From the NCBI GenBank assembly GCA_023515725.1, contig JALDTO010000213.1:504280-568279 (forward strand): a DNA stretch of 64,000 nucleotides, written 5' to 3'. This document shows positions 56,226 through 64,000 of the stretch, piece after piece. Both the position numbers and the translations under genes were made by a program. Positions within the stretch are counted from its first letter, which is position 1. Every line of letters starts with the position of its first letter. The notes beneath the pieces are model-generated. The model saw only the letters and a list, made by a program, of their open reading frames with translations, did no database searches and had not been told where the DNA came from. This stretch comes from Amoeboaphelidium protococcarum X5. Taxonomy: Eukaryota; Fungi; Aphelidiomycota.

Positions 56226-57020
56226 TCAATTGTGTTATAGTCTTGGTCCATTAGGATCTTACGCGTAGCCCAAAGCCTTCTGCAACTTTCGTCGACGAAG
56301 CAAACCAGGCTTCTTAGGTAGCATCAATCTACCCGGTTTCCAGCAGTTATACAAGAATTTTGGTAGACGAGTCATCTTCTTCGGCAAAGCATCTTTCAAA
56401 CTTCCAGTATCTGGCTCAAGAGAGAAATCTAAAATCTACTTTTCATTGCCAGCAACGAGCTCTTACAGAAAAATCTTCAAATTTCCCACGGTCCAGCGAT
56501 CGTCGCAAAGATACGCGAGTAAATGAAGGGCACCATGCTGGCAATTATTGCGCAGCGTCCCATAGTCTAAATACTTCTCATACTCTTGTATAAAGTAGTT
56601 GATGTCCTCTCTTGACTTGCTGCTATCACACTTGGCGTAAGTCTCAGTTCTCCACTATCGATTAGCAGGAGTTACTGACCAACCAAGCAAGACATAGTTG
56701 TAATCAATCACAAATTCGTTTGATGACTGAGATTACTATAATTGCGGCTCACCTTCAGCGGTAGATTAATCATTTTCAAAATGCACTGCAACAGCAGGAT
56801 GGAACAAAGGAATTCCTACGTATCTCATAGTACCCAGACATGGTCGACACGCGAGGGATCCGACGCTCATCATCCACTCTGATGTTCTGCCTTCCTTCCA
56901 CGCTTATTTTCCCTCCTCAAACGTCTCACGCGCCGTCATCTTGTATGAGATCAGCTCCACAAGGATCGCATAGCTTAAAGTTGGGTATAAACACGTGAGG
57001 ATTAAATAATACACCAGCAT
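56226..57020 (-). CDS. Secreted permuted papain-like (PPPDE/LRAT-like) protein
   Basis: Signal peptide MLVYYLILTCLYPTLSYA; His in LFHPAVAV precedes Cys in YGTLRNNCQH. An upstream in-frame ATG exists at 57179. Confidence 0.65.
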
Positions 57021-57555
57021 TTTCAAGTTAATCGATATTTCAGAGATTATGAACAGGGTGAAAAAATCTTCATAAAAGGCTCTACACAATCGGCAACGTG
57101 AGGTGTGCATCGTTAATTGTAACTGCGCCACTTCCTCAAACTACTTCGTTGCGCGATTTGAAGGAGTAAATTGCTCCATGATCTATTTAAATTTTGCCGA
57201 ACAATTCGGATAAATAAACTTTAAAATCTTGGACGAACAATGTCACGTCTTTGAATCAATGACGCAGACGTGACTTATTTGAGAGATTGAGAAGTGGCAT
57301 GGTAGAACGCTATGATTGTAACTAGTTCTTCAGCCAATACTATATTATGAATTTGGCCCGTAAGACAAAAGGCGTATAAAAACTATCTCACCAAGATGAA
57401 TTTCATCTTAAAAGTAAACTGCTTTTGGTCGCGTTAATTTTACCAGGACGCACCATTGAAAATAAGCGCTAAATTCTGTATACAAAAAGCAAGCGTCAAT
57501 ACAACATATAAAGATCAAGAGTCAGATTTAATATATATTTCCCACATGATCATGG

Positions 57556-57994
57556 TCATTTCAAATGATGAAAGTACTTTTCCGGAGCCTACACGAATAA
57601 TATTCCACACATGTAAGACATAATAAGATAAACACTCAGAACTTACACATTTGTGGACGCAGTGCATTAGATCGAAAAACTCCTACAACCAAGATAGATC
57701 ACATAATTCGTAATCAACAATGCTAAAAATTATAATAATCATTACCTCAACGCAATCCTCTTCTGAATCTGGATTGGAGTTGACTCGCTCTGTGCAAACG
57801 TCAAATTTCTACTTGATAGGCGCACACTCTTTAGTCTCCATGCATTCACGTTCAATATCCTCCTTGACGTCATGTGGGCCATCGTCCTCATCATCATCCT
57901 CCTCCTCAGCAACTGCAGCAGCGGCATCTTCAGCCACTGAAGGAACTAAATAATAAACTCTTTCCTGATCCTCTTTCTAACTCTAAGCGCTCAT
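57556..57994 (-). CDS. QCR6: Cytochrome bc1 hinge subunit Qcr6; introns 57683-57745 and 57589-57646
   Basis: Acidic N-terminus, DVKEDIERECMETKECAPIKQKFDVCTERV...EEDCVE/EFFDLMHCVHKC/APEKYFHHLK. Confidence 0.9.
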
Positions 57995-58242
57995 GGTATC
58001 CGATAAGATAATCTATCACTACAGAACTGTATTACTAAAAGGCGAGAGAAAAGCAATGTAGCGAAAGTGATTCTGAAAAAATCTTTTACCAGCGAGCTTT
58101 ATTAGCGAGGAAAACTTCTTTGTTCGAGTAAAAGCGATCGCTTTTTTCTCTTTTCGCGTTCTTATCACTAGTTACTCTTTAAAGCACAGTATCACAGCAT
58201 TATATTACATACTTTGCATACTTTGCTTTAGTAGTGAGAAAT

Positions 58243-61200
58243 ATGAAGGAATTGGTAGTGGATAATCAAAAGAAGAGAGTGAAAACTATTGAATTTGGTA
58301 TTCTGAATGCGAATGAGGTTTAGGCATAGTCGGAGTTGGAGATTTATAATCGCGATTTTTACAATCCAGTCAATAGAACGCCTGCGCGTGGTGGTATCTT
58401 GGATCCAAAGATGGGCGTGTCTGGCAAAGACGCCACTTGTGAGACGTGTGGTCTGAAGCTTGCAGAGTGTGCTGGTCATTGGGGATTTATCCGCCTTGCT
58501 TTACCAGTGTTCCACGCTGGATTCTTCAAGGCAACTCAGTAAATTCTGCAGCAAATCTGTAAAAATTGCTCTAAAGTATTGTTGGAGGTGGATGATAGAC
58601 GCGCTTACTTGAGAAAGTTGAGGAATCCCAGCTTGGATAACCCTCAGAAAATGGCCATCATTAAAGCGATAACCAGCGCGTGTAAGAAGGTACACACCTG
58701 TCCGTACTGTGGAGATTTGAATGGTACGGTGAAGAAGGCTGGCGTTTTGCGCCTGGTGCATGAAAAGTACAAATCAAAGTCCAAGTCTGCTGAGTTTGAG
58801 CTGGCAAAGAATTAATTTTATCAAAAGTTTAATAAGCTATGCCAGGAATCTCCAGAGTTTAAGGCGCATCTGCAGAAAGCGTAGGACGATCTCACTCCGC
58901 TCAAGGTGTTTGATCTATTCACCCGTATCTCCTCAGAGGATTGTGAACTCCTTGGTCTGAATGTGGACAGCGGTCGGCCAGAAACTTTTCTATGGACCAC
59001 CATTCCTGTGCCTCCAGTCTGTATTCGTCCCTCTGTTGCAATGGACAAGGGTGACGCGGGTAGTAATGAAGATGATATCACTGTGAAGTTGGCTGAAGCG
59101 ATTATGCTTAACTAGATGATATTGAAGTCCCTGCAGGATGGTGATACTAGTCTACGCGTATCTGAGGATTGGGAGTTATTGCAGCTTACCCTTGCTCAGT
59201 TGGTCAATTCTGAGCTGCCTAATCTTGCCAATGCAACACAGACTACAAAGTGGATCAGGGGTGTCTGTCAGCGTCTGAAAGGTAAGCAGGGTAGATTTAG
59301 AGGTAATCTAAGTGGTAAACGTGTGGATTTCTCAGCCAGAACTGTGATCAGTCCGGATCCGAATCTGCGCATTGATCAGGTTGCTGTGCCTGATTTGGTG
59401 GCTAAAACTCTTACATATACTGAGGTTGTTACCGAGTTTAATATCTAAAGACTGAGATAGTGCGTAATCAATGGGCCTGATAAGCATCCTGGTGCCAATT
59501 TCATGTAATAGTAAGGTAAACCGAAGCGATTCTTGAAATTTGTGGTTGATCGCTCACAGTTGGCCAGGGAGTTGAAGATTGGAGATGAAGTGGAACGGCA
59601 TTTGATGGATGGCGATGTGGTGCTGTTCAATCGGTAGCCATCTTTACACAAGCTGAGTATCATGTCATTCTATGCCATTGTCAAACCATGGAAGACCTTC
59701 CGCTTCAATGAGTGTGTATGTACCCCCTTCAACGCGGACTTTGACGGCGATGAAATGAATTTGCATGTACCATAGACGGAGGAGGCTAAAGCTGAGGCTG
59801 TTGTTCTTATGGGATCGAAGAATAATCTCGTCACACCTCGTAATGGGTAGCCTCTTATTGCCGCCACGCAAGATTTTATTACTGGAGCTTATTTGATTAC
59901 TAAGAAGGATTCGTTTTATACCAAGGAGGAATTTGTTTAAATCTGCTGCTCCATGTTTGATGCTAATGAACGTATAGATCTTCCTGATCCGGTGATATTG
60001 AAGCCTCAAGTGTTATATACGGGGAAATAGGTGTTCAATATTCTGATGCGTCCCAATAAATAAAGCCAAGTATTTATAAATTTGGAGTGTAAGAATAAGT
60101 CATTCGTTAAGAATCCAGATATTCCTGTATACAAGTGCCCGAATGATGGCTGGGTTGCTGTGCATAATAGTGAAGTCCTATCTGGTGTCATTGACAAGAG
60201 TATAGTTGGTGATGGTAACAAAGACTCGATTCTGTATGTGGCCCTGAAAGATTATGGACCCGAAGTTGCAGGATTTTTTATGAATCGACTGGCAAAGTTG
60301 TGTGCTCGATTCATGCAGAACCGGGGCTTCTCCATCGGACTGGAGGACGTGGCGCCTGGCGAACGTCTGTGGCAGAGGCGTGATGAGGTGATCAAGGCTG
60401 GCTATCAGGAATGTGATGGCTACATTGAGCAATATAAACAAGGCACTCTGCAGTGTCAGGCTGGTTGTAATGAAGATCAGACTCTGGAGGCATAAATGTC
60501 TGGTAAGTTGAGTAAGATTCGTGATGATCTTGGTTAGATCTGTCTATAAGAGCTGAACAAGCACAATTCTCCCCTAATTATGGCTGTGTGTGGTTCTAAA
60601 GGTTCCAAAATTAATGTGTGTCAAATGACAGCATGTGTCGGACAGCAGATTATCAATGGTAGTAGAATAGCTGATGGTTTCGATGAACGTACTCTGCCAC
60701 ACTTTAAACGTCGTTCCAGAGACCCGGCGTCAAAGGGATTTGTGAAGAACTCCTTCTATACCGGAATGTCTCCTACAGAATTCTTCTTCCACGCAGCATC
60801 TGGACGTGAAGGTTTGGTGGATACTTCTGTGAAGAGTGTCACTGGAGACACGGCGTTGGTTATCATTGAAGATGGAAAGTCGAAGCGTGTCCTCATTGGA
60901 GATTGGATTGATTCTTTGATGTCCGTGAATGGCAATCATGTTACTCTGTAGTAGGAGTATGATACAGAGTTGTTAAGAATCGGTAATGATGCCGCGGTTA
61001 GAAATGAAGTGTACATTCCAACCACTAATTCCGATGGATATGTATCGTGGGCTCAAGTCACTGCTGTGACGCGTCACGATCCTGGTGAAGTTCTGTATGA
61101 AGTCAAGACTAGAGGTGGTCGTTCTGTGACAGTTGTTGAATCAAAGTCTCTATTGATATATGACAAGATCACTAGAAAGTTTGAAGAGAAGCTGACTTCA

Positions 61201-63717
61201 TAGATTGTCATTGGAGATCAAATGCCAGTGACTATGTAGTTGGCTGAGCCTGCTGTCACTGTTCAGTATGTTGATATGCATGATTATCTACCTGAAGATG
61301 TTTATGCTAATGGTTTGGATGAGTGTGGGCGCCTTCCTAACTAATTTCAATTGGATTATGAGAATGGAGTGTTTGTTGGACTTTATGTGGCTTAAGGTAA
61401 CTATGATATCTAGTCTGGACGGATCAGCATCTCTAGTAATGACAAAAATGTGCAGAATTTTGTTGAAAGTTGGTTTGATAAGCTGAACATACCTTGGGAG
61501 CATACAACCGTAAAGAGTCCTAAGGGCGGAGTACGCTAATCTATCAGTGGCTGTTCGATGCTTTTCGCCTGGTTTATGAAGAAGTTAATTGGATCTGATT
61601 ATGGTTAAAAGTTTGTGCCTGATGTTGCTTTTTCTGCCCCAATGGAATTTGTTATCGGCCTTCTCAATGGCTACTTTACTGAAAATGGATCAGTTTGTGA
61701 GTACATTATTGATTCCGGTGCTGCATCTCTGCGTCTCTCTGAAGGTATTGCGATGCTATGTAGTCGCTTGGGTGCGTTTGGAAGTATTCAAGTCGATGAT
61801 AGTGAGTCCAATGAGTTTGATAATGTTCTCGCTTAACATCGCGTTGTATTTTGTGCACAATGGGCTCAGGTGCTGAAAGATAATCTTTCTATGCCAATTC
61901 CTGAAAAAGATAGGTAATTGAAGTCAATGCAGTGTTCTCTTCAACATCGCAATTACACTTTTCAGAATGATGTTGTGTTGGATGAGATTGTGGAGATTGT
62001 CAAAATGCCTGCTCAGCCTGGTATGAAAGTGTACGATCTGACTGTGCCATCTACTCTGAATTTCGGCTTGGCTAATGGTTTGCATGTATTTGACACGGCC
62101 GAGACTGGTTACATGCAGCGTAGACTGATGAAAGCATTGGAAGATTTATCCGTGAGCTATGACTATAGTGTGAGAAGTAGTGTCGGATCAATGATACAGT
62201 TTGAGTATGGAAATGATAAACTGGACCCCACGTCAATGGAAGGTAATGATGTGCCTGTGGATTTTAATAAGAATTTTCTGGCTTGTATGAATCTGCATAG
62301 AGCGCAAGATGATGATCTGCTTCTATTACCAGATTAAGTATGTGACTTGGTTAAGCAATTGGTCATGGATGGAGAGTTTCTATAGCATTGCCCTTAGCAG
62401 TATGGCGACAGTGTAGTTGCTTTTGTACAAGATAAAGTGGCTCCTAAGGCATCGACTCCTGGCTTTAAAGTCACGCAAAAGATATTGGAAAACTTTGTCA
62501 ACGTTTGCCGGCGAAAGTATTACAAGTCCAAGATTGAACCTGGATCTGCTGTGGGGGCTCTTGCGGCGCAATCTATTGGTGAGCCAGGTACGTAGATGAC
62601 TTTGAAAACTTTTCACTTTGCCGGTGTCGCGTCTATGAGCATCACCTTAGGTGTGCCGCGTATTAAGGAGATTATCAATGCCTCGAAGCTCATCAAGACT
62701 CCGATCATCACGGCTAAACTTGTTAAGGATGATAATCAGACTGTGGCTAGAATTGTCAAGGGAAGAATTGAGGCGACCAAGTTGGGTCAAGTTGTTGAGT
62801 ACGTGTAGGAAGTGATATCTGGGTCTGCTTGTTATTTAGACCTGAAGGTTGACTGGGAAGCTATACGCCAGTTGCAACTCGAGATTGATGAGAGTTCAAT
62901 ATGTACAGCTATAGCTAAGGCTCCAAAGCTTAAAGTTGGTGCATCAGATATCTAAATGTCAAAGAAGAATCAGGCCATCCGAATCCTGGTGCATGATGCC
63001 AAGAAGGCTGACTCGGCATTCTATGAACTGTAGAGAGTAAAGAGATTGATTACTGATGTTATCATATGCGGAATCCCGACTGTGAATAGAGCTGTGATCA
63101 ATGAACAGCAGGGCAAGAGCGGTCATTATGAACTTTTAGCTGAAGGTTATGGTTTGCGATAGGTGATGACCACCGATGGTGTCGTTGGACTAGAGTCGAC
63201 TAGTAATCACATTGCTGAAGTTGAGTCGGTGCTGGGTATTGAAGCTGCCAGATAATCCATCATCGACTAGATTCAGTATACTATGAGTAGTCACGGTATG
63301 ACAATTGATTCTAGGCATGTGATGATTCTGGCTGATATCATGACATTCAAGGGTGAAGTATTGGGCATAACGCGATTCGGAATTGCCAAGATGAAAGACA
63401 GTGTTCTCATGTTGGCCTCATTTGAGAAGACCACTGATCACCTCTTTGACGCGTCCACCTACTCTAAAGTTGACCACATTGAGGGAGTATCTGAGCGTAT
63501 TATCATGGGTGTGCACATGAATGTCGGTACTGGAGCGTTCAAGATTCTTCAATAAGTTGACTTGTCCGAAGATAAGAACTGTGGCAGTGATTAAGGTTCT
63601 TCGGCATTATAGAAGAAATCTTATCCATTAAAAGATCAAAAGTAGCAGTTATTATATCAAAGACCTTTGCTGTTTGATGTGCCCGAGTATCATCCATCCA
63701 TCTTTGCACAAGGTTGA
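58243..63717 (+). CDS. RPC1: RNA polymerase III largest subunit, intein-containing precursor
   Basis: MKELV start, [85 protein letters not shown]. Confidence 0.97.
60835..62094 (+). mobile_element. 420-aa intein with a degenerate LAGLIDADG homing endonuclease, inserted in the RPC1 bridge helix
   Basis: Interrupts [10 protein letters not shown]|TAETGY. Starts SVTGDT; block F KVYDLTV; ends [12 protein letters not shown]; +1 residue Thr. Internal motifs [39 protein letters not shown]. Confidence 0.93.
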
Positions 63718-63816
63718 TTTAAATAAAAAATTGAGTATTTAAAAATGACTATTATCAAGAATATGATTGGTACTATATAGAGATCTTAATAATATACTCT
63801 TAACAAAAATCAAATA

Positions 63817-64000
63817 TCAAGTTTCTCTTAAATAACGAAGCACAGATGGCGATGCAGGTAGATAATCAATATAACGAGGTGAAAGTTGAATCCAGGCATC
63901 TGCTTGAGCACCTCCAATAGTGACGATACCTCTATCAACTGCTAGTGCAACATATTCTTTGAATGATGAACACCCAGCCTAAGTATAGCAGTCACATTTC
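63817..64000 (-). CDS. 3' end of a gene with a LOTUS/OST-HTH-like C-terminal motif (as in fungal NYN-domain proteins)
   Basis: YTQAGCSSFKEYVALAVDRGIVTIGGAQADAWIQLSP ending at TGA. Confidence 0.5.

Noticed and set aside
25633-63717. RPB1 and RPC1 within about 27 kb as a functional cluster
   Set aside because: They are separated by many unrelated genes; chance is sufficient.

Overview
Gene-dense, intron-poor eukaryotic nuclear DNA read with a reassigned code: TAA/TAG = Gln and TGA is the only stop (translation table 6 type). The supplied ORF track is therefore badly fragmented. The genes are fungus-like (Mgm1, Pho87-type transporter, Atf1-type bZIP, Qcr6), which together with this code fits an aphelid such as Amoeboaphelidium protococcarum (inference). 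Re-read by hand, the window holds about 25 genes, including RPB1, RPC1, ELP1, MGM1, a DHX16/Prp2-type helicase, TypA, a COG0523 GTPase, RPS29, LSM7, QCR6 and RMP1. It also has a cluster of beta-propeller receptor-like non-RD kinases, three tandem VWD surface-protein genes, a secreted permuted-papain protein and several decayed genes. The most striking feature is a 420-aa atypical intein in the bridge helix of the Pol III largest subunit. It has Ser1, no block B His, no penultimate His, a C-terminal Asp, and a LAGLIDADG endonuclease with both catalytic acids replaced by amides. It already uses the host TAA/TAG=Gln codons. All coordinates were derived by eye and family calls come from motif recognition, not database searches.
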